Below the pieces are notes generated by a model that did no database searches, was not told the DNA's origin, and saw nothing but the letters and a program-made list of their open reading frames with translations. A DNA stretch of 64,000 nucleotides from a virus (taxonomy: Duplodnaviria; Heunggongvirae; Uroviricota; Caudoviricetes), in the IMG/VR virus record IMGVR_UViG_3300019755_000001. One strand, written 5' to 3'. Shown piece after piece: positions 28,737-37,562 of this stretch. Position 1 is the first letter of the stretch, and every line of letters begins with the position of its first letter. The translations under genes and the position numbers were made by a program.

Positions 28737-30032
28737 ATGAATTACAAATACAAGCCTTCCACATATACACCAATAGCCGGAGATATAGTTGAACGAATTA
28801 GCACACAAGAGGGCGCCAATTTAGACGTAGGCTCTATAAACATAGTAAAGAGATTTACTAAATCTGGTAGCAGTCCTGGAATATACCTAGTAAATGATGA
28901 TGGTGCGGGGATGAGGTACTTTAAACATTTCAAAGTTATTGACACCAAACCAGGATCTGAAGCATCAATAGGTTCTCAATTATACTGTTTAGAGGCCACA
29001 GGAGTATTTTTAACCGGGAGCTTAATAACTGTTACTGAAGTAGATGTAGCGAATGGAGTGTATATAGGTTCAAATCACTTATCTCAAGGACAATTAGAGA
29101 GTTTCTTAATAATTCAACAAGCCGAACCGGAACAACAGTGTAAATTCAGAGAAGGTGATATAGTTGACACAACATCAAGTTTATTTGCAGGTAATAACAA
29201 AGAACTAGAAATAATGCAAGTTGATAATCCTGATTCTATTGCTGTTTACATACAGGACAAATCAGATTACTGGTGGGTTGCAGAAGATGAACTAAGACTA
29301 TCAAAAAAGGAACAAATAATGAACAAAGCAAAAGTAGGTGATAGAGTAATAGCTAGAAGGCATGTGGGTATAGGAGACCTAGATGCAGGATCTATTGAAA
29401 CTATTACTAAAGTAGATGGTAACAAAATCTGGGTGTCAAATACAAATAATAGCCCGTGGTATTTAGGGATAGCTTGGGAACTTTATACAGGTGATGCAGA
29501 AATATCTAACACAAAGGATTCAGTGAGTGAGGAACAAACACGACCATTGATAGGTTCATTATGGAATCGTAATGCATACCAAGAACAAGTGACAATAGTA
29601 GAACATAATGGATTATTCCCTAATGACGTTCACTTTAACGGGGATAGATGCTTAAGTTTAGGGCAATTCCTAAAAGATTTCACTCCAATCAGTGCTGTTA
29701 TGGCAACAACAGAAACATCAGAACCGACAATCACTAAGGAACAAACAATGAACACAAATATCGAAATCAAAGTAAACGGCGAAACAATCGAAACAGGGAC
29801 TAAAGTAAGTAAACCAAAGTCTGACTTCAAACTTAAGCCTTCAGTAATGGCACTTTACCACACAGCTGATGGAGTTGAAATCGAGTTGAAGAGATTCACA
29901 GGTAAGTCGGCAACAGCTGATGCACAAGCACATTTAGTAAATATGATTGCTGAACACCCAAATGCAAAAATGACACCATACACAGTTGGTAAGTCAACAA
30001 AAATCAAACACCAATTCGAAGCAGCTAAGTAA
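28737..30032 (+). CDS. hypothetical protein with three internal GD(I/R)V repeats
   Basis: 431 aa with an AAAGGAA RBS. Repeats: GDIVERIS, EGDIVDTT, VGDRVIAR. Confidence 0.5.
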   Translation: MNYKYKPSTYTPIAGDIVERISTQEGANLDVGSINIVKRFTKSGSSPGIYLVNDDGAGMRYFKHFKVIDTKPGSEASIGSQLYCLEATGVFLTGSLITVTEVDVANGVYIGSNHLSQGQLESFLIIQQAEPEQQCKFREGDIVDTTSSLFAGNNKELEIMQVDNPDSIAVYIQDKSDYWWVAEDELRLSKKEQIMNKAKVGDRVIARRHVGIGDLDAGSIETITKVDGNKIWVSNTNNSPWYLGIAWELYTGDAEISNTKDSVSEEQTRPLIGSLWNRNAYQEQVTIVEHNGLFPNDVHFNGDRCLSLGQFLKDFTPISAVMATTETSEPTITKEQTMNTNIEIKVNGETIETGTKVSKPKSDFKLKPSVMALYHTADGVEIELKRFTGKSATADAQAHLVNMIAEHPNAKMTPYTVGKSTKIKHQFEAAK

Positions 30033-30217
30033 TGGATGCAAATTACGATGTAAACAAGTTCAGAAATGAGCCTGTCCATCCAGTTATAGGTATTTTGACT
30101 AATGGGTACGTACTGACAAGTTCACTGATCCCTGTAGTGTGTGCTTGGGCATACTTTGCTCCAGCCACATTTCCGTACGACTTCATTATTAAATCTTACT
30201 ACAGTTTAGTAGGCTAG
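30032..30217 (+). CDS. small protein with hydrophobic C-terminus
   Basis: 61 aa; TAATG coupling to the upstream gene. Confidence 0.35.
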   Translation: MDANYDVNKFRNEPVHPVIGILTNGYVLTSSLIPVVCAWAYFAPATFPYDFIIKSYYSLVG

Positions 30218-30221
30218 TCAC

Positions 30222-30527
30222 ATGGAATTGTCCTACCAATGGTTTTGGTTAGTTAAACTCGGATTGTTCTTGGTAACTGTAGGTGCTACCTACAGGGCAG
30301 TATGGAAGTACAAGTTACAATCTAGAGTATGGAACATTATTCTACTAATACTTTTTATATTTTCCTGGATGATGCCAATTAAGATGAACCCAACAACAAA
30401 CACGGTGAACTACCAAGCAGATAGAGCTATAGCTACTTCGAAAGTACTTCCACCCAAACAAGTGGACGATAGCTTTAAGCAATCTGTTAATGCAGTTCAA
30501 TCAATAAGCAAAGAGGAGCTTAAATGA
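30222..30527 (+). CDS. membrane protein (2 TM); NfeD-like partner by context
   Basis: 101 aa. WFWLVKLGLFLVTVGATY and WNIILLILFIFSWMMPI are hydrophobic. Overlaps the SPFH gene (ATGA). Confidence 0.45.
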   Translation: MELSYQWFWLVKLGLFLVTVGATYRAVWKYKLQSRVWNIILLILFIFSWMMPIKMNPTTNTVNYQADRAIATSKVLPPKQVDDSFKQSVNAVQSISKEELK

Positions 30528-31420
30528 AAAGATTATTTAAAACAGTAGCAGCAAGTGCTGTAGCATTACTTCTACTTACTGGATGTAATGTACAAGTCGA
30601 GCAAGGAACAGTTGCTAAAGTACTTGGACCGACAGGGTTCCAACCAGAGGTTTATCCTCCAGGCGTTGTTAACATTGACAACGGGTTTTTTACTTCTAAT
30701 AGAAAGAAAGAGAAATTAATATTCGTAGAGACTACTACGGAGAAATTTAACGAACCAATAGAAGTACTTCTAAAAGACAAGTTAAAACTTAAGTTTGAAG
30801 TTGTATTTAGAGGTAGAAATACTACTGACAAGAAGAGACTTGATGCTATTTTCAATGACATGAAAATGGATGATGATAGAATCACTACTAGAGAAGTGTA
30901 CAATGTATACGGTAAGATGATCGTAATGAACACAGCCAGAGCAGTCATATCTAAGTACAACGTAGACGAAGTTAATGTCAACTACGAAAGAATTACCGTT
31001 GAGCTCTACCAAGCTTTACTTCCTAAGTTACAAAACATCCCTATGGATATATCAGATGTCACTATTGGGGCTATTGAGTACCCTAAATCTGTTACAGCAG
31101 CAATAGAAGCAGCAAACAAGAGAAGAATGGAGATTACTACTCAACAAGCACAGACTCAAATTGAACTTACTAGGAAAAAAGGTCAAGAAGAGTTAGCAGA
31201 AGCAGATTATAGAATTAAGATGTTAGAAGCTAAGAGAATTAGAGACTACAACGCTATGACTGCTAAAGGAATTACTCCTCAACTTATCACACTTAGAAAA
31301 CTTGAACTACAAGACAAAGAACTTGATGTTAGACTTGCTGAGGCTGAGAGATGGAACGGATCACTTCCAGCAACTGTTATGAATGGTAATATACCAGTTA
31401 TAGCAAATACGAGTAAGTAA
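30524..31420 (+). CDS. SPFH/band-7 (stomatin/prohibitin/HflKC-like) lipoprotein
   Basis: 298 aa. Lipobox LLLLTGC. KVLGPTGFQPEVYPPGV... plus a long C-terminal coiled-coil (QQAQTQIELTRKKGQEELAEADYRIKMLEAK) is characteristic of SPFH proteins. Confidence 0.6.
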   Translation: MKRLFKTVAASAVALLLLTGCNVQVEQGTVAKVLGPTGFQPEVYPPGVVNIDNGFFTSNRKKEKLIFVETTTEKFNEPIEVLLKDKLKLKFEVVFRGRNTTDKKRLDAIFNDMKMDDDRITTREVYNVYGKMIVMNTARAVISKYNVDEVNVNYERITVELYQALLPKLQNIPMDISDVTIGAIEYPKSVTAAIEAANKRRMEITTQQAQTQIELTRKKGQEELAEADYRIKMLEAKRIRDYNAMTAKGITPQLITLRKLELQDKELDVRLAEAERWNGSLPATVMNGNIPVIANTSK

Positions 31421-31644
31421 TGGCGTATTTTATCCTGTATGTGATATCTGTACTGTTATCACTTAGGGTTTGGCAAATAGCTTTACAACTTGATTCTAAA
31501 CCTGTAGCACATCTTGCGTGGTTATGTTACATACCTATCACAAACCTGGTAGTACTACTACTAGGTGTTGGTTCTATCATAACATCTAAATACAACCTGA
31601 TGAACGGATCATTCTTTCGAGACGACTACTTTACAGCTAAGTAA
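31420..31644 (+). CDS. small membrane protein (2 TM)
   Basis: 74 aa; TAATG coupling. Followed by a terminator hairpin. Confidence 0.4.
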   Translation: MAYFILYVISVLLSLRVWQIALQLDSKPVAHLAWLCYIPITNLVVLLLGVGSIITSKYNLMNGSFFRDDYFTAK

Positions 31645-31648
31645 ATCC

Positions 31649-31682
31649 ACTCAGCACCTTCGGGTGTTGTACTGAGTTTATT
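31649..31682 (+). terminator. rho-independent terminator-like hairpin
   Basis: ACTCAGCACC-ttcg-GGTG(ttgta)CTGAGT followed by TTTATT, directly after the operon's last stop codon. Confidence 0.55.
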
Positions 31683-31696
31683 ACAAAGGACATAAC

Positions 31697-31882
31697 ATGA
31701 AGATAATCGACGGAACAAACGAACAAATCAAGTCACCAAACACAATCAGCGTTGACGTACACATCGAACCTGGTGAGTATGTGAACATAGTACTACCATC
31801 TGGTAGGATTCTTACTGTTGATTACAGGGACGCAACTCTATGGGACGTTGACGAATCACTAATCAACTCATTGGAATTATAA
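31697..31882 (+). CDS. hypothetical protein
   Basis: 61 aa; AAAGGA RBS. Confidence 0.4.
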   Translation: MKIIDGTNEQIKSPNTISVDVHIEPGEYVNIVLPSGRILTVDYRDATLWDVDESLINSLEL

Positions 31883-31883
31883 C

Positions 31884-32411
31884 ATGGGTCGTTCAGTAAG
31901 CTACCTATCAAATACACACACAGTTTGTTACTACGACGTATCTTGGATGGGAATGGAGTCAGTGGCGGTTTGTGACGAATGTAACGAACACTACTACGAG
32001 CCTTACCAGGATGACCAGCCTGTTGAACAAACGCATTGTTGTGGAGTTGAACTTGAGTATGCGGATGTGTACAACGAGTCACATTGCGACTGGGATTGGT
32101 TCATGGAATCTATTATCGACCAATTCACTACCAAGTACCCTTCATTGGGCACTTGCGACCGTTGGGAGGGTAACGAGGATCGCATCTTCTTGGAGAACGA
32201 ATTAATAGAGCTAGGAGTCAGTGAATATTGTGGTTTAGTATCTGTATCTATGCGTGCTAAGGACGACTTTTACTCTAGCGAAGCAGGTAAGCTGAATCTA
32301 GCCGCTCGTATGGCTGACTATGTAGGCAAATGGATGGACGCAAATATCGGAGATTATAACAAAGTTGGCACTTTCTCTAACGGAGAGGGTGTCTATGAAC
32401 GAAAGGATTAA
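31884..32411 (+). CDS. hypothetical Cys-rich protein
   Basis: 175 aa, coupled to the upstream gene. Confidence 0.45.
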   Translation: MGRSVSYLSNTHTVCYYDVSWMGMESVAVCDECNEHYYEPYQDDQPVEQTHCCGVELEYADVYNESHCDWDWFMESIIDQFTTKYPSLGTCDRWEGNEDRIFLENELIELGVSEYCGLVSVSMRAKDDFYSSEAGKLNLAARMADYVGKWMDANIGDYNKVGTFSNGEGVYERKD

Positions 32412-32414
32412 CGG

Positions 32415-32582
32415 ATGATTACTCTAACAAACCCTGTTTACTTAGATACAATTGCAAAAGCAATACAGCAGACACCTACGGAAGTCAAACTATCAGCTAA
32501 CAGAGTACACCTTTACTTTGACACAACAGTTTCATCTTATAGCAAGGATGATTTAATTTTAATTTTAGGGAGAGACAAATGA
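32415..32582 (+). CDS. hypothetical small protein (55 aa)
   Basis: Not in the ORF track. GAAAGGA RBS. Stop overlaps the next start (ATGA). Confidence 0.35.
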   Translation: MITLTNPVYLDTIAKAIQQTPTEVKLSANRVHLYFDTTVSSYSKDDLILILGRDK

Positions 32583-32761
32583 CAGTATTAGACTATGACA
32601 CATTCTGTGAAGTACAAGGATTTACTAAACTACACGACGCCTTACAACTCGGCTTAATCGATGACGAAGTTGAGTACCTGAACGATGCATACGAGGAGTA
32701 CACTTCGGAGGCAACAGACTATTTTACAGATATATACAGAGACCAATTAATAGATATCTAA
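32579..32761 (+). CDS. hypothetical acidic protein
   Basis: 60 aa. Confidence 0.35.
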   Translation: MTVLDYDTFCEVQGFTKLHDALQLGLIDDEVEYLNDAYEEYTSEATDYFTDIYRDQLIDI

Positions 32762-32791
32762 GACTTTCTTAGGTATAATTAAGATAGATTT

Positions 32792-32845
32792 CTAATAAAG
32801 AGTATTAAGCAGTTTCAGTCACGTTCTGTTAATACTCTTTATTAG
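32792..32845. repeat. perfect 17-bp inverted repeat (CTAATAAAGAGTATTAA / TTAATACTCTTTATTAG) with a 20-nt spacer
   Basis: Read directly from the sequence, 70 nt upstream of the homing-endonuclease-like gene. A TATAAT hexamer lies at 32774-32779. Confidence 0.5.
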
Positions 32846-32915
32846 GGCTCTATAGAGTATAAAAACGTGACAATTCTTATCCTCTCCTTAAATTTAATGC
32901 TGTCGAAAGAACGAA

Positions 32916-34061
32916 ATGAAATTACATCCAGGTATTACCAATCCTAGATCTATACAGGCTTATAAAAATTTTAAAAAGAAGCTAATTGGTCTGTATGATG
33001 ATAAATGTGATTATAGTGAGGCTGTGTACACAGGTGCTAAAAATCCTATTACGATTACGTGTAAAATACATAATTTTACTTATAAGCAAAGAGCTGAAGG
33101 ACACCTTAAAAGTTCTGGGTGTAGTAGATGTAAAAACGAGGCTGTAGGAAATCGTTTACGTAAATCAGTTTTCAGTTTTATTGCGGAGGCCGTTGAAGTA
33201 CATAATGATTTTTACACCTACTCTAATATTTCTTATCACTCTGCACATGAACCTGTGATCATTACTTGCCCAATCCACGGGGATTTTAAGCAAGTACCTA
33301 CAAATCACCTAAAAGGTGTTGGGTGCAGAAAGTGTGGCATTGCAAAGAGTAGCCAAGCTAAAAAATCCAGTACTCAAGAATTTATACTACAAGCAAAAGC
33401 AGTGCATAATAATACTTACACTTATACAAACGTCGAGTACACAACTGCAAGAGACAATGTAAAAATAACCTGTCCAATACATGGAGACTTTGAACAAACT
33501 CCTAGTAGTCATTTGGTTGGGTCTGGTTGCCCTAGATGTCTAGGTAGGAATAAAACCACGAAAGACTTTATCAAAGAATCACAAAAAGTACATAATAATA
33601 AGTACTATTACTCAAATACAATATACACAAATGCGAAAAGTAAAGTGATAATCACTTGCTCAACGCATGGTGATTTTGAACAAATAGCCTCCGATCACCT
33701 ATCAGGTAGAGGCTGCTCTTCCTGTACGAAAACGGGGTTTGATGGGGCTAAATCAGCTGTACTATATTATCTTTCAATCAATAACGGAGAAGCGTATAAG
33801 ATCGGTATAACAAACCGGACAATTAAAGAGAGATTCGGGCTTGATATGAGTAATATCAGAGTCTTACATCAAATCCATTATAAGTCCGGAAAAGATGCTT
33901 ACAATGAGGAACAGCGAATTCTTAGAGAATTCATTGACCATAAGTATACAGGTCCTGACTTATTGAAGTCAGGTAATACAGAATTATTCAAAACGAATAT
34001 CCTTAACCTAGCTTATGAGAAGTTCAAGGATATGGAATTATTTAGTAGAGAAGGAGATTAA
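32916..34061 (+). CDS. homing-endonuclease-like protein; paralog of 4542-5693 (four Cys/His repeats plus T5orf172/GIY-YIG-like domain)
   Basis: 381 aa. Four repeats (VHN.FYTYSN..Y.....ITCPIHGDFEQ.P..HL.G.GC..C). C-terminus VLYYLSINNGEAYKIGITNRTIKERF...SGNTELF. Confidence 0.6.
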   Translation: MKLHPGITNPRSIQAYKNFKKKLIGLYDDKCDYSEAVYTGAKNPITITCKIHNFTYKQRAEGHLKSSGCSRCKNEAVGNRLRKSVFSFIAEAVEVHNDFYTYSNISYHSAHEPVIITCPIHGDFKQVPTNHLKGVGCRKCGIAKSSQAKKSSTQEFILQAKAVHNNTYTYTNVEYTTARDNVKITCPIHGDFEQTPSSHLVGSGCPRCLGRNKTTKDFIKESQKVHNNKYYYSNTIYTNAKSKVIITCSTHGDFEQIASDHLSGRGCSSCTKTGFDGAKSAVLYYLSINNGEAYKIGITNRTIKERFGLDMSNIRVLHQIHYKSGKDAYNEEQRILREFIDHKYTGPDLLKSGNTELFKTNILNLAYEKFKDMELFSREGD

Positions 34062-34063
34062 TT

Positions 34064-34597
34064 ATGGGACTAGATATGTACCTAACAAAGAAAATTTACG
34101 TGGGTGGCAACTACGAGCACAACAAAATAACAGGATCAATTAACATATTAAAAGATGGTAAGCCATTAGCAGTTGATTTGTCGAAGCTAACTTATATCGA
34201 GGAAGAAGCAATCTACTGGCGGAAAGCGAACGCAATCCACAATTGGTTTATTTCTGAAGTGCAGGATGGTGTTGATGAATGTATGCCTCACTGGGTTTCC
34301 TTCAAGCAATTGGAGTCTCTTAGCAAATTGTGTCAGGAAACACTTGACTTCTTAAGTGAATGCCCGATAATTGACAAAGTAGTTGATGCAGGTTGGAGTT
34401 CATCCGAAGGTCAACTAACGAAAACTATTCAAGTTTATGATGTTGATCTTGAAGATTTACCAATAGTACCAACTTCTGGTTTCTTCTTTGGCTCTTCACA
34501 TATCGATGAGTGGTTTGTTGAGGACTTGGAGTACACAATCAAGTCGATTGCAGAACTCGACCCTAACGCAGAGTACGAATATTGTAGTAGTTGGTAG
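34064..34597 (+). CDS. hypothetical protein
   Basis: 177 aa; GGAGA RBS. Confidence 0.45.
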   Translation: MGLDMYLTKKIYVGGNYEHNKITGSINILKDGKPLAVDLSKLTYIEEEAIYWRKANAIHNWFISEVQDGVDECMPHWVSFKQLESLSKLCQETLDFLSECPIIDKVVDAGWSSSEGQLTKTIQVYDVDLEDLPIVPTSGFFFGSSHIDEWFVEDLEYTIKSIAELDPNAEYEYCSSW

Positions 34598-34598
34598 C

Positions 34599-35090
34599 AT
34601 GACTAGCGAAGCCCAGCTACAACGTACTTGGATCTCATTGTTTAACTTTCTGTACCCAGATTGCCTAGTGAGTCTGTCATTGAACGGGATTACTTTGCCT
34701 GGTTCACCAAAGGTCAAGGCACAGATTATTAACCAAGCCAAAGCAGACGGTATGGTCAATGGCATACCTGACATATTGGTGTATTTACCAAATGCTATTA
34801 GCCTTCACTTGGAGTGGAAACACCCCAACGGCAAAGGTGTTCAATCTGAGGACCAAAAGGACATTGAACATATTCTTGTATCTCTTGGTCACACTTACTA
34901 TCTGGTCAACGACTTAATGACTGGCTTCCAACTGGTTGCTGATCATACAGAACTTCACTATCGACAGGAGCGTTTCCAGCAACTAACTGATTCATTGCCA
35001 AGCACATTAGCTGAACCATTTCTTTACTTCCCTATAGGTACGCCTAGGGATGATGTACTGACTGCGGTTGAACCATATTTTTATTTATAG
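34599..35090 (+). CDS. VRR-NUC domain nuclease (PD-(D/E)xK fold)
   Basis: Start moved to Met38, just after the upstream stop. GIPDILVYLP...HLEWKHPNGKGVQSEDQKDIEHILVSLGHTYYLV matches VRR-NUC (kG.PDlil...EvK...g.ls..Q..w...l...G..v.vv). Confidence 0.5.
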   Translation: MTSEAQLQRTWISLFNFLYPDCLVSLSLNGITLPGSPKVKAQIINQAKADGMVNGIPDILVYLPNAISLHLEWKHPNGKGVQSEDQKDIEHILVSLGHTYYLVNDLMTGFQLVADHTELHYRQERFQQLTDSLPSTLAEPFLYFPIGTPRDDVLTAVEPYFYL

Positions 35091-35099
35091 GAGCATTTC

Positions 35100-35630
35100 A
35101 TGCCAAACAATATTACAACTACACTAACTATTAGCGGACCAGAAGCGGGTACAATTTTACCTAAGTACCAATCATCGGAATCTGAGTTTGATTTTAATTT
35201 AATCATTCCTATGCCGTCTGGGCTTGAGGGAACTACTTCTCCTTGTGAACCTAACGAGGAGCTTATTACCAAGTACGGAGCAGACAACTGGTACACTTGG
35301 AGACTGAAGAACTGGGGAACTAAGTGGAATTGCTACGATATTATTATCTCTGATACAGAAGTACAGTTCGATACAGCTTGGTCTTGTCCAGAGGCTATTA
35401 TTAAGCACTTATCAATTGTTCATCCTGACCATACTTTCACAGCAACTTTTGCTGATGAAGATATTGGGTACAACTGTGGAGTTCTAACATTCACTAATGG
35501 CGAAGGTAAGTTCGACGATATGTCTGTCGGACAGCTTGATTCTGAGGAAGCTTCAATTAGATGGGCCTTAACTACGAAGTATGGTTCTGATGATGACTAC
35601 GAAGAATGGTATGGTGAGGAACAGAACTAG
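35100..35630 (+). CDS. hypothetical Trp-rich protein
   Basis: 176 aa with NWYTWRLKNWGTKWN. Confidence 0.45.
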   Translation: MPNNITTTLTISGPEAGTILPKYQSSESEFDFNLIIPMPSGLEGTTSPCEPNEELITKYGADNWYTWRLKNWGTKWNCYDIIISDTEVQFDTAWSCPEAIIKHLSIVHPDHTFTATFADEDIGYNCGVLTFTNGEGKFDDMSVGQLDSEEASIRWALTTKYGSDDDYEEWYGEEQN

Positions 35631-35793
35631 TTGAGCCTTACTATTGTTTGCAGTAATTCGTCAAACCTCCTCCAACTCTCGCAATTTCAGCACCATATGT
35701 GTAGGCTCCCAAGCCTTAGCAGTTGGTGCGACTGATCTTTATCTTTATTAAGATGAATATCTTTACTAGATATTCCCTTTAATAGATAAACCG

Positions 35794-35886
35794 CGTATAA
35801 CCGTATGTTTGTCGGCATTAATTTCCGCCAATCTGTCGGTGTATAACCTGCTATTTTGTCGGTACTATATTCCACACTTTTGTCGG
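35794..35886. repeat. iteron-like array: four TTTGTCGG/TGTCGG direct repeats at 23-24 bp spacing plus two GTATAACC repeats
   Basis: TGTCGG at 35810, 35834, 35857 and 35881; GTATAACC at 35794 and 35841. The array sits in a 470 bp ORF-free, AT-rich region upstream of the HTH initiator-like gene. Confidence 0.5.
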
Positions 35887-36099
35887 TTTTTAGCGAACTA
35901 TTACTTTTACTTATATCTCTCAGTATTAATCTATCTTTAAGTGCTTACCCAGTATAATCTCTTAGTAGCTTTTAATAAACAGCAGTAGCCCGGTTCGTCC
36001 AGTACCAGTTTCTCCTGTTGTTTATTAAGTGCTATCAGAGGAACGGAACTGGACATTCTTTTTTACTCTCACTTAAATTTTATTAATCCGAAAGATCAC

Positions 36100-36642
36100 A
36101 TGAGTGAATCAACAACAGCCAATGGATGGCAAGCATTAGGTAAACTTCTTTTATGGAGTTTTGGTAAATTACAAGGTAACGACCATTTGGTGTACATGGC
36201 TATCGCACGTAAGTGTGTTGGGTATTACCAGTATACCACGGAACTACTCAGCTACTCTGAACTCAGCAAGCTTACTGGAGTTTCTGTACGTTCTATTGAG
36301 CGTATTGTTCCCAAACTTATTGCTTCTGGTTTTATCATCAAGGTAGCAACTAACCAAATTTCTTACGCTGGTAAGTTACCATATAAGTACCAACTGAATA
36401 TGAAGTTAGCGGAATTTCCATCTCTTGGCAATCTGTACTCTAATCGTATTGACTCAATCGTAACAGAACCAACGCCTGAGCCTAAGTTTATCTGCCCTCC
36501 TGTCGAGGATTATTTCATCATTAACGGACAAATTGCTTTAATCAGCGATCCGCTATTTGCAGGGAAGTTAGCCATTGCTACCAAGGATGGTATCATACCT
36601 AACCCAACTGTCGAACAACTAACCAATCACTTAAGGAACTAA
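36100..36642 (+). CDS. HTH protein, candidate replication initiator / replisome organiser
   Basis: 180 aa. YSELSKLTGVSVRSIERIVPKLIASGFI is a winged-HTH typical of phage initiator N-terminal domains. Its position next to the iterons supports the call. Confidence 0.4.
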   Translation: MSESTTANGWQALGKLLLWSFGKLQGNDHLVYMAIARKCVGYYQYTTELLSYSELSKLTGVSVRSIERIVPKLIASGFIIKVATNQISYAGKLPYKYQLNMKLAEFPSLGNLYSNRIDSIVTEPTPEPKFICPPVEDYFIINGQIALISDPLFAGKLAIATKDGIIPNPTVEQLTNHLRN

Positions 36643-36643
36643 C

Positions 36644-36841
36644 ATGCTGGCATCTGAATTAATTAACGAACTTGAAACACTAGTAGAATTCAATGGGGAT
36701 CTACCAGTAGCCTTCATTTACGAGGATTATCTTGGTGACTGTTATCCTGTTACGGAAATTGATCATATATTGCCTAACTCAGTACTGGACGAACGAATCG
36801 ACTTTACTGCTACACAACCAACCCATTTTGTAATGGACTAA
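36644..36841 (+). CDS. hypothetical protein
   Basis: 65 aa. Confidence 0.35.
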   Translation: MLASELINELETLVEFNGDLPVAFIYEDYLGDCYPVTEIDHILPNSVLDERIDFTATQPTHFVMD

Positions 36842-36850
36842 GGAACTAAC

Positions 36851-37093
36851 ATGAACAGACAACAAGCACACGACAAATTGGCTGAAGCAGTAGACGATCC
36901 ATTCCTAGACAAGTATGACGTCATAAACCAAGCTGAGTATATACTTGACGACGTCTACGACGACATCGAATCACGAGTTTGTGGTAATTGTGACTTTGGA
37001 GGTAGGCAATACTGTAATAACCCAAATTCTTTTTGCGTTCAGTCTATGATTGAACCAACTGACGGCTGCAACCAATTCGAGAGTGCGAAATGA
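36851..37093 (+). CDS. hypothetical Cys-rich protein
   Basis: 80 aa; CGNCDFGG...C...C. Confidence 0.4.
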   Translation: MNRQQAHDKLAEAVDDPFLDKYDVINQAEYILDDVYDDIESRVCGNCDFGGRQYCNNPNSFCVQSMIEPTDGCNQFESAK

Positions 37094-37260
37094 CAATCAC
37101 ACCAATTTACCTAGTTACACAGTTCACACCTGCTGGCACTGCACAACCCATCCTTACCTTCTTCTCTGAGTCGAAGGCTTACGCACACGTTGCTGACTTG
37201 AACGCCAAGGGTACGGAGTACAGCTTTACTATTAACCAAATCAATTTGATTGGTGACTAA
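37090..37260 (+). CDS. hypothetical small protein (56 aa)
   Basis: Not in the ORF track; ATGA coupling. Confidence 0.3.
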   Translation: MTITPIYLVTQFTPAGTAQPILTFFSESKAYAHVADLNAKGTEYSFTINQINLIGD

Positions 37261-37309
37261 CATTTGTAGGGCCTACTCAGTAGGTCTTATCAAGTATTAA
37301 GGAGAATTT

Positions 37310-37561
37310 ATGATCTATTTTATTATTTACTGTGCCGGTTTCGTGCTGTCAATTGTTGCTATCAAGTATTTTAACACAACAGACAGGATTATCACAGGTT
37401 GGTCTGGACCTAATATGAAACCAACTCCATTTGGAGCTGCGTTTGGTATGTCTATTATGTGGCCTTTAATGGTAGTATTGGTAGGAGGCTTTTATTTATT
37501 TACTTGGATTTGGCCAACTAATCTAATTAACCGGTTTACTAACTGGTACGAAGGGAAGTAG
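37310..37561 (+). CDS. small membrane protein
   Basis: 83 aa with two hydrophobic segments; AAGGAG RBS. Confidence 0.4.
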   Translation: MIYFIIYCAGFVLSIVAIKYFNTTDRIITGWSGPNMKPTPFGAAFGMSIMWPLMVVLVGGFYLFTWIWPTNLINRFTNWYEGK

Positions 37562-37562
37562 T

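Noticed and set aside
34488-34598. Longer 5' extension of the VRR-NUC ORF (track start 34488)
   Set aside because: It would overlap 110 nt of the upstream gene in another frame. Met38 at 34599 directly follows the upstream stop.
35687-35875. 62-aa minus-strand ORF overlapping the iteron array
   Set aside because: It overlaps the TGTCGG repeats and has no RBS. The region is better explained as an origin or regulatory array.
35808-35886. Possible CRISPR array (short direct repeats)
   Set aside because: The repeats are only 6-8 bp with 23-24 bp phasing and there are no cas genes. This is iteron-like, not CRISPR.
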